DNA from: a virus
Taxonomy: Duplodnaviria > Caudoviricetes
Length of the DNA stretch: 64,000 bases
Reading direction: 5' to 3' (one strand)
IMG/VR virus record: IMGVR_UViG_2974720863_000001
Span: 6,495 to 70,494 of that record
Below are positions 9,331-19,246 of the stretch, piece after piece. The notes under the pieces were generated by a model. It was not told the origin of the DNA. It saw only the letters and a program-made list of their open reading frames with translations, and did no database searches. Every line of letters starts with the position of its first letter. Position 1 is the first letter of the stretch. The translations under genes were made by a program, and so were the position numbers.

Positions 9331-9351
9331 ATTTAATATTTGAACCAAAAT

Positions 9352-9376
9352 AAGGCTGTAGAAATACAGCCTTTTT
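9352..9376 (+). terminator. Rho-independent terminator after the holin
   Basis: AAGGCTGTA-GAAA-TACAGCCTT followed by a T tract. Confidence 0.75.
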
Positions 9377-9441
9377 GTTTATCCTTAAAAGAGAGCCTTA
9401 TCTAACATCGTCAGTTGGCACTCACGGAGTAAGGAGTAGGT

Positions 9442-9783
9442 ATGGGTACATTTAACCGAGGAATATGGGTGGATATGTTCAAACAGAATGCAATGGGTAT
9501 AGCCAGTGCAGTGATAGGGGTAGCGGTAGTATATGGAGCATTAAGCGCAGAAGTTAACGCAATGAAGGCTGAACAGGATAAAAGGGCAGTCTACATTTCA
9601 CAGTTCATTCAATTGAGAAGTGACTTTAGACACATCGAGAATGAACAAGAAAGAAATCGTGCAGTATGGGGTAAGTTAGATGGTACCCTGAATGCACTTA
9701 ATACAACACTATCAATCCAAGGAGTTGAAATCTCGCAACTAAAGCAAGATGTAGAGGAGATTAAGGAAGCTGTTGTTAGGTAA
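9442..9783 (+). CDS. Membrane-anchored coiled-coil protein (possible lysis accessory)
   Basis: N-terminal hydrophobic helix followed by heptad coiled coil. Confidence 0.45.
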   Translation: MGTFNRGIWVDMFKQNAMGIASAVIGVAVVYGALSAEVNAMKAEQDKRAVYISQFIQLRSDFRHIENEQERNRAVWGKLDGTLNALNTTLSIQGVEISQLKQDVEEIKEAVVR

Positions 9784-9827
9784 TAAGTCTGATATCATTC
9801 TAAAAGATAACAGAGAGGATATTTAGA

Positions 9828-12686
9828 ATGACCATAAGACTTCAAGGTATACTGCCTGACCCATTTGGAAATCCTTGTGGGAAGGCAGTTATTAGATTTA
9901 CCGCAGAAGCCACCGAAGGTGGTGTGCTTAAAGGAGTAGATGCTACTCACATAACTCTCGCAGACGGCAGTTATGATTTCCCCTTACATGAAGGCCGGTA
10001 CCTCCTAGAGATAAACTACACAGATGAGTTCCAAGAATCTGGTTCAGTAGTTGTTGATGAATTCACCCCAACAGACATCACCTTACAAGCCCTTATCTTA
10101 TATGCTACACCTTACACTCCACCATTAGTTGATGACCTCCCTACTCACTGGGAAACTTTATTCCAGAATGTTATTGGTTCAGATGAATGGGACAGACAGG
10201 CGGAGCAACAGGTACGTATCGAAGACAAGTTTGTCAACGAAGATAAAACCATTGCCAAAGCAGATGAGTCCTACCTCTCCAAAGAAACCCTTACTACATC
10301 TACTGGTTCGGCTTCTGCTGTTAACCAGACGTTAGCTTTTGAAGATAACTACGGACGAAGTGCATCTTACGACAAGAACGAAGTGTCAGCGACAGACGTA
10401 TCTATCAAATCTGGCCAAGAGGTCTACTCAGATAATGCCGAAGTCACTGCGGTTCAAACTACTCGACTGGACGCATCAGAGACAAGCTCAGAGACACGTA
10501 AGGAACTAACGAATCAATCTGTATCGACTACATCTCAAGACAGCGTAGGAGACGTTACAGAGGCTCTCAGTAAATCCCTCAATAACACGGAAGCTAAGTC
10601 CACCACCACAACCTCTATTGGTTCGGATGTTATCACCGAGAAGAAGTACATCGATGCCACAACGCTCGTAGAAGCTCTCCTAGAGCAGAATGTAGTGGTA
10701 GAGAACGTAGAAGCCTTTGATAGGCTTAAAGTCACTAAGGATTATTCTCAGAGAGATATACAGGTAGATACCTTTAATGTAGGCAGTACTTTATCTGTAG
10801 ATACCAAAACAGATGTGGTAACTGTGGCAGGTCAACTGAGGCTTACCAACGGAGATGACTACAAAGGTCCGGTAGGTGATTCAGCATTCTATGAATATGC
10901 CTATGCGAGCCAAGAAGAGAAAGACCAGAATATCTGGCACATAGACAGCATTGATAATCCTTATCCTATCCCTGAAGGCTCTGTGGTGTGGCGTAAGCAT
11001 CGTATGGTAACCATAGTGGATGGAGTACGTACTGAAGGGCAATGGAGTGAACCTTATCTGCTTACAGGAAAGGATGGAGAAGCAGGGGATACTTTGTATT
11101 GGGATTATAAATACAAGGCCGATAACGTACTGGACGACCCTGATGCAGATTACCCTGCAGGATGGGATGCTACCTTACTGGACGGACATTTGTACCGTAT
11201 AGAACGTCTGGTCAAAGATGGTGTGTACCAAGGCTCTTGGTCAACTCCTGCGAGAATAGCAGGTGCAGATGGTGATAATGGAGAGTTGGTGTATGAAGAA
11301 TACATGTACTCACCTCAAGGGGTAACCAAACCAGATACTGAACCTTCAGACTGGCATTATGATTTTGTGACCGGGGATTACTACCGAAGCTCGCGTTTAG
11401 TGAAATACCCTGCTGGTACTCCGTTACCTATCCCTGAAGACCTTGACCCAAGCTTAACTACTAACTGGACTAACCCTACCCTCATTACTCCCCGTAAAGG
11501 GTATGAGTATGTTGATGGCGAGCAAGGTACTCATGGGGCAGGAAGCTATGTTCTCGAGTGGGATGATGCGTACAACTCAGGGAATGGTTATCAGAATCTT
11601 GTTAAAACAATTGAACCAGTTTTAACTGAAGCACATGTGGAGTTTTGGTACTTTCAAGTTGTAGATAGGGATTCTCAATCAGGGGATGTACTGACTATAC
11701 AGCAGGGTAATACTTCTACCCCTATGCAATGGCTACGTGGAGATACAGGGTGGGAAGACTTTGTACAGGTAGTAGATGGTAATGCTTTGTTTAATGGTTC
11801 AGTGGTTGCTGAGAAGATTAAAGCAGATACTATTAATGGAGACCATATCAGTGCTACCGCTAAGATAATTGCAGGTACTGGTAATAACATTGGTGCCTTA
11901 GATGGGATCGACAGTACGTACCGTATCTATGCAGGCCATGTTACCCCTGCTTCAGCCCCATTCAGAGTCGATCAATCAGGTAAGATGTTCTCTACGTCTG
12001 GGCAGATAGGTGGATGGTCTATTGATGGAAATAGTATTTATGCCGGCACTAAAGACACGTCAGGTTATACCGCAGGAGGTATCACACTGTATGGAAATGG
12101 TGACAGTAGCTCGTTCCACTCCAAAGAGTTCTACATTGACACAGCAGGTAATGCCTATTTTAAAGGTTCGCTAAGTGCGGCTGACGGTACGTTCTCTGGT
12201 ACCATTTACGCCAATAAGATATCAGGGGATGTGGTAACAGCTAGACGATACTCAGCTAGTGATACGACATCCACCAGCACATCTTGGACTACGTTTGACA
12301 GGGTGAGGGTTTCAGGCGCAGAATCTAAGGATAGAACTCTGCTAATCAGTGTAATGCTTTCTGCTTACTCAAAAAGAGAAGGACCGTCTACAGGTAGTCA
12401 CTTTTGCGTAGCAGAGGCTAGGGTTACAGGCACGTGGGGCACTATCACCAGCAAGCAAGTTAGTTCAGGAGGAAACAACCAAAGCACAACTGGGTCAAAT
12501 AGTGATACCGATAGATCTATAGTGCAGTTTATAGTTCCTGTGGCCTCTAATGCCACAGGCTATATGGACATACAGGTACGTATGGTTTCTTATTCAGGAA
12601 GTGAGGCAACTGCCAGATTATCTGGCTCATCATCCACACACCATATCGCTCAGTTATTCCAAGCTGGGACGGATTTAGGCGATTAA
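9828..12686 (+). CDS. Large tail / host-specificity protein (mosaic, with a J-like tip segment)
   Basis: N-terminal GILPDP..G.Y.F.L.EG.Y fibre-attachment domain, GxDG linker repeats, ALFNGSVVAEKIKADTING segment, distal beta domain. Confidence 0.6.
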   Translation: MTIRLQGILPDPFGNPCGKAVIRFTAEATEGGVLKGVDATHITLADGSYDFPLHEGRYLLEINYTDEFQESGSVVVDEFTPTDITLQALILYATPYTPPLVDDLPTHWETLFQNVIGSDEWDRQAEQQVRIEDKFVNEDKTIAKADESYLSKETLTTSTGSASAVNQTLAFEDNYGRSASYDKNEVSATDVSIKSGQEVYSDNAEVTAVQTTRLDASETSSETRKELTNQSVSTTSQDSVGDVTEALSKSLNNTEAKSTTTTSIGSDVITEKKYIDATTLVEALLEQNVVVENVEAFDRLKVTKDYSQRDIQVDTFNVGSTLSVDTKTDVVTVAGQLRLTNGDDYKGPVGDSAFYEYAYASQEEKDQNIWHIDSIDNPYPIPEGSVVWRKHRMVTIVDGVRTEGQWSEPYLLTGKDGEAGDTLYWDYKYKADNVLDDPDADYPAGWDATLLDGHLYRIERLVKDGVYQGSWSTPARIAGADGDNGELVYEEYMYSPQGVTKPDTEPSDWHYDFVTGDYYRSSRLVKYPAGTPLPIPEDLDPSLTTNWTNPTLITPRKGYEYVDGEQGTHGAGSYVLEWDDAYNSGNGYQNLVKTIEPVLTEAHVEFWYFQVVDRDSQSGDVLTIQQGNTSTPMQWLRGDTGWEDFVQVVDGNALFNGSVVAEKIKADTINGDHISATAKIIAGTGNNIGALDGIDSTYRIYAGHVTPASAPFRVDQSGKMFSTSGQIGGWSIDGNSIYAGTKDTSGYTAGGITLYGNGDSSSFHSKEFYIDTAGNAYFKGSLSAADGTFSGTIYANKISGDVVTARRYSASDTTSTSTSWTTFDRVRVSGAESKDRTLLISVMLSAYSKREGPSTGSHFCVAEARVTGTWGTITSKQVSSGGNNQSTTGSNSDTDRSIVQFIVPVASNATGYMDIQVRMVSYSGSEATARLSGSSSTHHIAQLFQAGTDLGD

Positions 12687-12873
12687 TCGCAGAGGAAATA
12701 ACAATGCAAGAAATGCTAGACGAGTTAAAAGCTCATATCGAAGCAGGTACATTTTCAAACCTTGTGCCTGACCGCCACGAAAACATGACACTATATACAC
12801 TTCATTATTTTGCAGATGAAGCAAATGAAGAAGGCGTAATCATAAGTAAAGGTAAATCTAAGGTGTACGTTTT

Positions 12874-12990
12874 ATGAAAAAACTATTAATGGTACTTTGC
12901 GTGATGACATTGTCAGCTTGCGCATCAACAGTTACCCCTCACGGCCCAGTGGCGCACTCTGACGGACAGGCTGCCTCTGCGGGTAAGTAA
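12874..12990 (+). CDS. 38-aa lipoprotein (not in ORF track)
   Basis: MKKLLMVLCVMTLSAC: basic N-region, hydrophobic core, LSAC lipobox; ATGA overlap with an upstream 57-aa ORF (12704..12877). Confidence 0.6.
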   Translation: MKKLLMVLCVMTLSACASTVTPHGPVAHSDGQAASAGK

Positions 12991-13000
12991 CCTACTAAAC

Positions 13001-13025
13001 AAGCCCTCTTAATGAGGGCTTTTCT
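13001..13025. terminator. Terminator between convergent genes, possibly bidirectional
   Basis: AAGCCCTC-TTAAT-GAGGGCTT followed by TT. Confidence 0.7.
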
Positions 13026-13027
13026 TA

Positions 13028-13216
13028 TTACATCATTTGAACCATTTGGTCATAGGTTACCGGTACCCAAACCTTATCTTCATTAAGATGGCAGAGTATC
13101 TTTTTGCCTTGGTGATGTACTAAAGCAAAGTAGTACACAGCCCCTTCTAAAGCAGGTAAGGTATGCCCTTCCGCAGACTCTGCACTATTTACTATTTCAG
13201 GTGTTAGCCTTTGCAT
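13028..13216 (-). CDS. Hypothetical protein
   Basis: 62 aa, downstream of 13228..13842 on the same strand. Confidence 0.45.
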   Translation of the reverse strand: MQRLTPEIVNSAESAEGHTLPALEGAVYYFALVHHQGKKILCHLNEDKVWVPVTYDQMVQMM

Positions 13217-13227
13217 GGGTCACCCCT

Positions 13228-13842
13228 TCAAGCAGCCTGTGCTTGTCCTTGTAAAGCCCTAGCCAATACATTGATATCAATGTCATGGCCTCCACTTGAA
13301 CCATTACAGTTAGCTATGATTGTCTGAGTCTGCAGTGCATCCTGCAATCTGCGAATCTCAGCATCTTTAATTGCAGCTTGGTTCTCGCACAATTTATCCA
13401 ATATAGCCTGAGTGTTACTGGTTCCGGCTTGAAGTAACTGAGCAGTCTGCATAGCTACATCTGTTTTAATGGACTGCTGTCCTGTTTTAAGGTCACAGCA
13501 ACATGAAGCAAGTGATTGGGCCAAGGTGGTGAGCTGTCCTGTAGTCAGGTCTCGGCTGTCACGTGATTCAACGGATGCTGCACGTATCTCATTAGAGAGG
13601 TTATTGAATTGAGCAGATATATTATTATCTGCAGCTTGTGCTCGTAATACCTCTTGTCCTTGCTGTAAGCAGTCAAGTTTAGCCTGTGCCTCTCCTGCAA
13701 GAACTCCCCCTTGATTGTTATTTCCCCCTAATGTTCCATCCTTAAGGAAACCTAGGGTGATTAGCCATAAGAGAGGATTGTTACCAAACCCTCCTAAACC
13801 ACCCCCACCAATTGAATCAATGTCTGTGTTTAATGATTGCAT
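13228..13842 (-). CDS. Gly-rich, membrane-segment, coiled-coil protein with a CCC motif
   Basis: Strong GGAGGT RBS; GGGGLGGFG.NPLLWLITLG, then SCCCD and NTQAILD..C coiled coil. Confidence 0.75.
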   Translation of the reverse strand: MQSLNTDIDSIGGGGLGGFGNNPLLWLITLGFLKDGTLGGNNNQGGVLAGEAQAKLDCLQQGQEVLRAQAADNNISAQFNNLSNEIRAASVESRDSRDLTTGQLTTLAQSLASCCCDLKTGQQSIKTDVAMQTAQLLQAGTSNTQAILDKLCENQAAIKDAEIRRLQDALQTQTIIANCNGSSGGHDIDINVLARALQGQAQAA

Positions 13843-13859
13843 AATGCACCTCCTATAAT

Positions 13860-14081
13860 GTGCACATTAACCATAAGGAAAGTAGGGGCATTAAGGTGGA
13901 TAATGAGACAATTTTACTCACTGTTATGAGGGATATGATGTGGACAAGGGAAGTACTTGCAAACAGGTTAGGGATAACCAGAAGAACCCTAACTCGTTAT
14001 TTACGAGGGAATACTCCCGATAGAATAGCTTTTGCAGTACAATGGATTTACTTCTTAGAGATGGGTAAGGTATTAATATGA
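13860..14081 (+). CDS. Small XRE-like helix-turn-helix protein
   Basis: WTREVLANRLGITRRTLTRYLRG HTH signature. Confidence 0.7.
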   Translation: MHINHKESRGIKVDNETILLTVMRDMMWTREVLANRLGITRRTLTRYLRGNTPDRIAFAVQWIYFLEMGKVLI

Positions 14082-14377
14082 GCATTACAGTAGAAGGCAT
14101 TCTTCCAGACCCTATGGGATTGCCGATGACTAGTACCCCAATTAGAGTAGTTACTATAAATAGTGAGCACACTCCATTTGGTTCAGAAGCAACAAAAGTT
14201 ACAGACAAAACAACAGGAGCCTATTCTTTTATCTTACAAGAAGGGCAATACTTAATTGATATCAAACAAGATGATGAATTCACTGAAGGCACGGAAGTGT
14301 TGATTGATGGTACCCTTACTGGTTCAATTGACCTAGCAACATTGATTGCCAATCATAAGGTACAGGAGCAGGAATAA
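14078..14377 (+). CDS. Stand-alone tail-fibre N-terminal-like domain, paralogous to the N-terminus of 9828..12686
   Basis: GILPDP, G.Y.F.L.EG.YL..I...DEF.E shared with 9828..12686. Confidence 0.7.
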   Translation: MSITVEGILPDPMGLPMTSTPIRVVTINSEHTPFGSEATKVTDKTTGAYSFILQEGQYLIDIKQDDEFTEGTEVLIDGTLTGSIDLATLIANHKVQEQE

Positions 14378-16486
14378 ATGGCCACTACTAGCAACATACC
14401 TGAGGGGTGGAGCAAAGCTCCAACTCTTGCAGAATTAAACCAGAACTTCGAAGACTCGAAAGGTTCACATGATATCGCCATGAATGAACGTAGAGTCTCA
14501 CTAGATATATTGAATGCTACTGGTTCGGCTCGTAAGAAGACCCGTAAGGGCTTTAGTGACGTTCACCCACAGGTTGCACGTAAACATGCTGAATGGCGTT
14601 ATGCTGCCCTCTCAGAAGCGTTTCTAGCTAACCAAGACGTTTACCGTCTTAAACCAAGAACAGCTCAAGATAAAGAGTCTGCGCATCAGAATGAAGTCCT
14701 ATTGAATTATCAATGGAACAACCAAATCGATAAGGTAGGCTTTGTAGACGAGTTGGTACGTACCGGTGTAGATGAAGGTACTGCATTCATCCGAGTAGGA
14801 TGGGAGACCGTTGCTGGTGGTATGGAACCTAAGAATATCTATGACTATTTCCCTGCAACTTCTCAAGCTCAGGTAGAAGAGTTACAGAAAGCAGCAGTGG
14901 TTCAACAAAGTGACCCTTATGCTTATAAGGCACATGTCCCTGAACATATTCAAGAAGCCCTCAGACTTACGGTTCAATTACAAAAACCTGTTTATCCAGT
15001 ATTCAAAGAGACCATTGAGGTAGAAGCTCTTCCTCTAGTGAACCAACCTACATTGGAAGTATGTAACTCAGCCAACCTCTATATTGACCCTCTATGCCAA
15101 GGCGACTTAGACAAAGCTAATTTCGCTATCTACTCCTTTGAGACTTCTAAAGCTGACCTCAACCTACATGAACACTACTTCGATGTAGATAAGATTAAAG
15201 TAGATACTGGTTCAATTCTTAATGCTCCTGACCATGAAGTATCAGGGGATGAGTCATTCAACTTTAAAGACGATTCTCGAGTGAAGTTCGTGGCCTACGA
15301 ATACTGGGGATTCTGGGATGTTGATGGTTCAGGTGTTACTACCCCATTCGTAGCAACGTGGGTAAACGACACTCTTATCCGTATGGAAGAGAACCCATAC
15401 CCTGATAAAAAGATTCCTTTTGAAAGTGTTCAATACCTTCCTAGACGTAAGCAAGTGTACGGTACAGCAGACTCAGCATTACTGAAAGATAACCAAGCTA
15501 TCATTGGTGCAGTGACTCGTGGTGCTATTGACCTTATGGCTCGTTCTGCTAATGCACAGAAAGGTATTCGTGATGACTTGCTTGATACTACTAACCTTCG
15601 TAAATACGAAGCAGGTGAGAACTACACATTCAACCCTATGGTGAGTCCTGCCCAAGGTGTCATTGAACATAGTTACCCTGAGATTCCTAACTCAGTATCT
15701 CTCATGCTTAATATGCAAGAGATGGATGCTAACAACATGACTGGTGTACGTCCATTTGGTGCAACTGATTCTAGTGCCGGTACAGCGACTGCTGACCGTG
15801 GTGTACTGGATGCAGCGACCAAACGTGAGACAGGTATACTTCGCAGGTTCGGACGAGCTATGCAAAGGATTGGGGCCAAGATGATTGCCATGAATGGTGA
15901 ATTCTTGTCTGATGAAGAAATCATCCGAGTTACCGATGATGAGTTTGTGGCTATTCGTAGAGAAGAGCTGAAAGGTAACTACGATGTTGAAGTGACTATT
16001 GCGACTGCAGAAGAGGACGCTACGAAGGCTCAGGAGCTTTCCTTCATGCTTCAGACTCTAGGTAACACAATGCCCTTCGAGTTGAGCCAAATCGTGTTAG
16101 CGGACATTGCAAGGCTTCGTAAGATGCCTCAGTTAAGTGAACGTATCTCTGACTTCGCCCCACAACCTGACCCACATGCAGAGATGCTTAAACGCCTTGA
16201 AGTTGCAAAATTAGAGCTAGAATTAGCTGAATTACAAGCTAAAACGCAAAAACTGCAAACTTCTGCGCAATTAGACATGGCTAAAGCTGGCGAAGCAGGT
16301 GCGAAAACAGGTAACATACAATCAGACACTGACCAGAAAGACTTATCGTTCTTAGAACAGCAATCTGGTGTGGCTCATGCAAGGGACATGGAACAAGACC
16401 AATCTCAAGCCCGTGGCAACATGGCCTTAGAAATCTTGAAAGCTGACCTTGCTCAAGAAACCAATCAACCCCAACAAGTCTCTTAA
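14378..16486 (+). CDS. Portal protein (N4 gp59-like)
   Basis: 702 aa; AEWRYAALSEAFL, YEYWG.WD.DG.G, MEENPYPD; synteny. Confidence 0.9.
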   Translation: MATTSNIPEGWSKAPTLAELNQNFEDSKGSHDIAMNERRVSLDILNATGSARKKTRKGFSDVHPQVARKHAEWRYAALSEAFLANQDVYRLKPRTAQDKESAHQNEVLLNYQWNNQIDKVGFVDELVRTGVDEGTAFIRVGWETVAGGMEPKNIYDYFPATSQAQVEELQKAAVVQQSDPYAYKAHVPEHIQEALRLTVQLQKPVYPVFKETIEVEALPLVNQPTLEVCNSANLYIDPLCQGDLDKANFAIYSFETSKADLNLHEHYFDVDKIKVDTGSILNAPDHEVSGDESFNFKDDSRVKFVAYEYWGFWDVDGSGVTTPFVATWVNDTLIRMEENPYPDKKIPFESVQYLPRRKQVYGTADSALLKDNQAIIGAVTRGAIDLMARSANAQKGIRDDLLDTTNLRKYEAGENYTFNPMVSPAQGVIEHSYPEIPNSVSLMLNMQEMDANNMTGVRPFGATDSSAGTATADRGVLDAATKRETGILRRFGRAMQRIGAKMIAMNGEFLSDEEIIRVTDDEFVAIRREELKGNYDVEVTIATAEEDATKAQELSFMLQTLGNTMPFELSQIVLADIARLRKMPQLSERISDFAPQPDPHAEMLKRLEVAKLELELAELQAKTQKLQTSAQLDMAKAGEAGAKTGNIQSDTDQKDLSFLEQQSGVAHARDMEQDQSQARGNMALEILKADLAQETNQPQQVS

Positions 16487-16499
16487 AGAGGAAACTTAA

Positions 16500-16844
16500 A
16501 TGACAAACCAAGTACGTAACATTGATGCAGACATTCAGAAATACAAAGACGACATCTCTCTTCGTGATGCTCTAGTTCGCTTAGAGAAGAACCGTGATTT
16601 CAAAAAAGTATTCGAGACTGCATACTTCAAAGACTTTGCTCAGAACCTAGTAGCTCAACGTGCTCTTCCTGAGATGCGTTCTCGTGAAGAACTTATTGCA
16701 GCCAACACACGTAAGCTAGATGCAATCAGCGAAGCACAGCACTTCATTCGTGCAGTACATGCAATGGGTGGTCAAGCAGATGGCAAACTATCAAATGCTG
16801 AAGTTGAGCGTGATGTTATCCTAGCTGAACAAGACGAGGAGTAA
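16500..16844 (+). CDS. Conserved N4 gp58-like protein
   Basis: L.RL.KNRDFKKV...YF motif; synteny after portal. Confidence 0.6.
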   Translation: MTNQVRNIDADIQKYKDDISLRDALVRLEKNRDFKKVFETAYFKDFAQNLVAQRALPEMRSREELIAANTRKLDAISEAQHFIRAVHAMGGQADGKLSNAEVERDVILAEQDEE

Positions 16845-16848
16845 TGTT

Positions 16849-17925
16849 ATGTCAGATGTTTTGAATATGAGTGACGAAGCTTTCCTAGAGATGGGAGAGA
16901 ACTACGAGACTACTGAAGAAGCATCTGGTTCAACTGAAGAACTCCAAGAAGAAGCGACCTCCCCTACGGGGGAGGAAGTACTTGAAGAATCTTCTGAACC
17001 AGAGCATACTGAACCAGAAGAAGATGAAACTGAGACTGAGGGTACACCAGAGACTGAAGAAGTTGATGATGAAGAATCCGAGGCACCAGAATCAGATGAA
17101 GCAGATCAGGACGTATCAGATACTAATCCTTCTGGTTCAGATGAACTGGCTCGAGTCCTTCAGCCCTTCAAGGCGAATGGTAAAGAAATCCAAGTCCAAA
17201 ATGTTGATGAAGCTATCACGTTAATGCAGATGGGGGCGAACTTCACTAAGAAGATGCAAGCCCTACAGCCTAACTTGAAAATGCTCAAGACACTTGAGAA
17301 AGAAGGTTTACTAGATGAGGGCAAACTTAATTACCTTATCGACCTAAGCCATAAAGACCCTAAGGCGATTGCAAAGCTAGTTAAAGATGCTGAGCTTGAC
17401 CCATTGGATATTAATACAGATGAAGTGGAAGGCTATACTCCTAACAATCACCAAGTTTCACAGCAAGCAATGCAGGTTGAAGAGGTACTCGAAGCAATAT
17501 CGAGCACACCTACTTACGCTAAGTGTATTGATTTAGTAGGGAACCAATGGGATGCGAGTAGTCAAGAAGAACTCACTAAAAACCCACAACAGATAGCGGC
17601 AATTAACGAACAAATGCAATTAGGCATCTTCGATAAGATTAACGCTGAAGTAGAACGTGCTCGCATGTTTGGTGGTCTAAGTGGTAAATCTGATTTTGAA
17701 GCTTATAAGTTTGTAGGTGCTCGACTTATGCAGGAAGGCAGACTTGCCCCTGAACAACCTAAGCCAGTAGCTACTACGAAAGTTAAGCCCCAAGACACAG
17801 CACGTGCTAAGAAGCGCAAAGCTGTGGCTACCCCTAAGCCGACTCGCACAGCGAAGAAGCAAGAAGTAAACCCATTAGCGATGTCCGACGAGGACTTCCT
17901 AAAAATCAATAATCTTAATGTATAG
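16849..17925 (+). CDS. N4 gp57-like acidic protein (scaffold-like)
   Basis: MSDEAFL start, acidic tract, PFKANGK, LMQMGAN.TKKMQ. Confidence 0.75.
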   Translation: MSDVLNMSDEAFLEMGENYETTEEASGSTEELQEEATSPTGEEVLEESSEPEHTEPEEDETETEGTPETEEVDDEESEAPESDEADQDVSDTNPSGSDELARVLQPFKANGKEIQVQNVDEAITLMQMGANFTKKMQALQPNLKMLKTLEKEGLLDEGKLNYLIDLSHKDPKAIAKLVKDAELDPLDINTDEVEGYTPNNHQVSQQAMQVEEVLEAISSTPTYAKCIDLVGNQWDASSQEELTKNPQQIAAINEQMQLGIFDKINAEVERARMFGGLSGKSDFEAYKFVGARLMQEGRLAPEQPKPVATTKVKPQDTARAKKRKAVATPKPTRTAKKQEVNPLAMSDEDFLKINNLNV

Positions 17926-17937
17926 GAACAGATTACT

Positions 17938-19170
17938 ATGGCTCTAAATGATACTACTCAAATCCGTTATAACGACCCTGCAGGTGGTACCAATTCTGAT
18001 ATCGATGCTGGTTCAGGCGGTCGTCAGATTAACACTGAATACTGGCACAAGAAGGCGCTAGTTGAAGAAGCTAAAGAAACTTACTTCGGTCAGCTTTCAG
18101 ATACTAAGAACATGCCTAAGCACATGGGCAAGAAGCTGTCTATGTACCACTACCTTCCAATCCTGTCTGACGAGAACGTCAATGACCAAGGTATCGATGC
18201 ATCAGGCGCTACAATCACTGATGGTAACCTTTATGGTTCATCTAAAGACGTTACAACCATCTCTGGCAAAATCCCTCTACTAGGTGAAACTGGTGGTCGT
18301 GCTAACCGTATCGGTGCTTCTCGTAAAGTAATCGAAGCAGAGATGACTAAGATTGGTTTCTTCACTGAATTCTCTAAAGACGCTTTAGACTTCGATACTG
18401 ACAACGAGCTATACGGCCACTTGTCTGGTGAAGTAATCAAGGCTGCTAACGAGCTTCAAGAAGACCTTATCCAGATGGACCTATTGAACGGTGCAGGTGT
18501 TGTTAAGTTTGCAGGTGTTGCAACTCAGACCTCAGAGATCACTGGTGAAGGTTCAGAAGTCTCAGAAGTAACTTACGATGACCTACAGCGTCTTGCTAAA
18601 GACATGTTCGACAACCGTACTCCTAAGCAAACTAAAGTAATCGTTGGTTCACGTCTTGTAGATACGCGTGTAGTTAACTCTGCAATGTACATGTACGTTG
18701 GTTCAGATATGGTTGCTACTCTATCACGTATGACTGACCACCACGGTAACCCTGCGTTTGTAGGTGTTGAGCACTACGCACACTCTGGTGTTGCAGGTGT
18801 TAACTCTATCAATGGTGAAATTGGTAAAGTTGGTGAGTTCCGTATCGTTCAGGTTCCTGAGATGCAGAAGTGGGAAGGTGCAGGTGCGGCCGAGACTGGT
18901 GCTAACGCAGGCTACCAAGCAACTGGTGCTAAGTACGATGTATTCCCAATGCTAGTAGTTGGTGCTGGTTCGTTCTCAACTATCGGTTTCCAAACTGATG
19001 GTAAGTCTACGAAGTTCAAGATTAAGCACAGCTTCCCGGGCGATGATGTATCTTACGGTGCACATGACCCGTTTGGCGAGATTGGCTTCATGTCTATCAA
19101 GTTCTGGTACGGTACGCTAATCATGCGCCCAGAAAGATTAGGGCTTGTGAAGACCGTAGCCCGTGCTTAA
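17938..19170 (+). CDS. Major capsid protein (N4 gp56-like)
   Basis: 410 aa; YFGQLSD..NMPKH.GK, D.NVNDQGIDA.G, DPFGE.GF.SIKFWYG. Confidence 0.92.
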   Translation: MALNDTTQIRYNDPAGGTNSDIDAGSGGRQINTEYWHKKALVEEAKETYFGQLSDTKNMPKHMGKKLSMYHYLPILSDENVNDQGIDASGATITDGNLYGSSKDVTTISGKIPLLGETGGRANRIGASRKVIEAEMTKIGFFTEFSKDALDFDTDNELYGHLSGEVIKAANELQEDLIQMDLLNGAGVVKFAGVATQTSEITGEGSEVSEVTYDDLQRLAKDMFDNRTPKQTKVIVGSRLVDTRVVNSAMYMYVGSDMVATLSRMTDHHGNPAFVGVEHYAHSGVAGVNSINGEIGKVGEFRIVQVPEMQKWEGAGAAETGANAGYQATGAKYDVFPMLVVGAGSFSTIGFQTDGKSTKFKIKHSFPGDDVSYGAHDPFGEIGFMSIKFWYGTLIMRPERLGLVKTVARA

Positions 19171-19216
19171 TCAAAACTGTTTCATCTTGACTTAGTTCAA
19201 GACTTAACTTAATATT

Positions 19217-19246
19217 GCCCTTACTCTAACCAGTAAGGGCTTTTTT
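19217..19246 (+). terminator. Terminator after the capsid gene
   Basis: GCCCTTACT-CTAACC-AGTAAGGGC followed by TTTTTT. Confidence 0.75.

Noticed and set aside
13860-14081. HTH gene as a lysogeny repressor
   Set aside because: No integrase, partition or other lysogeny gene is in the window, and the architecture is that of a lytic N4-like phage.
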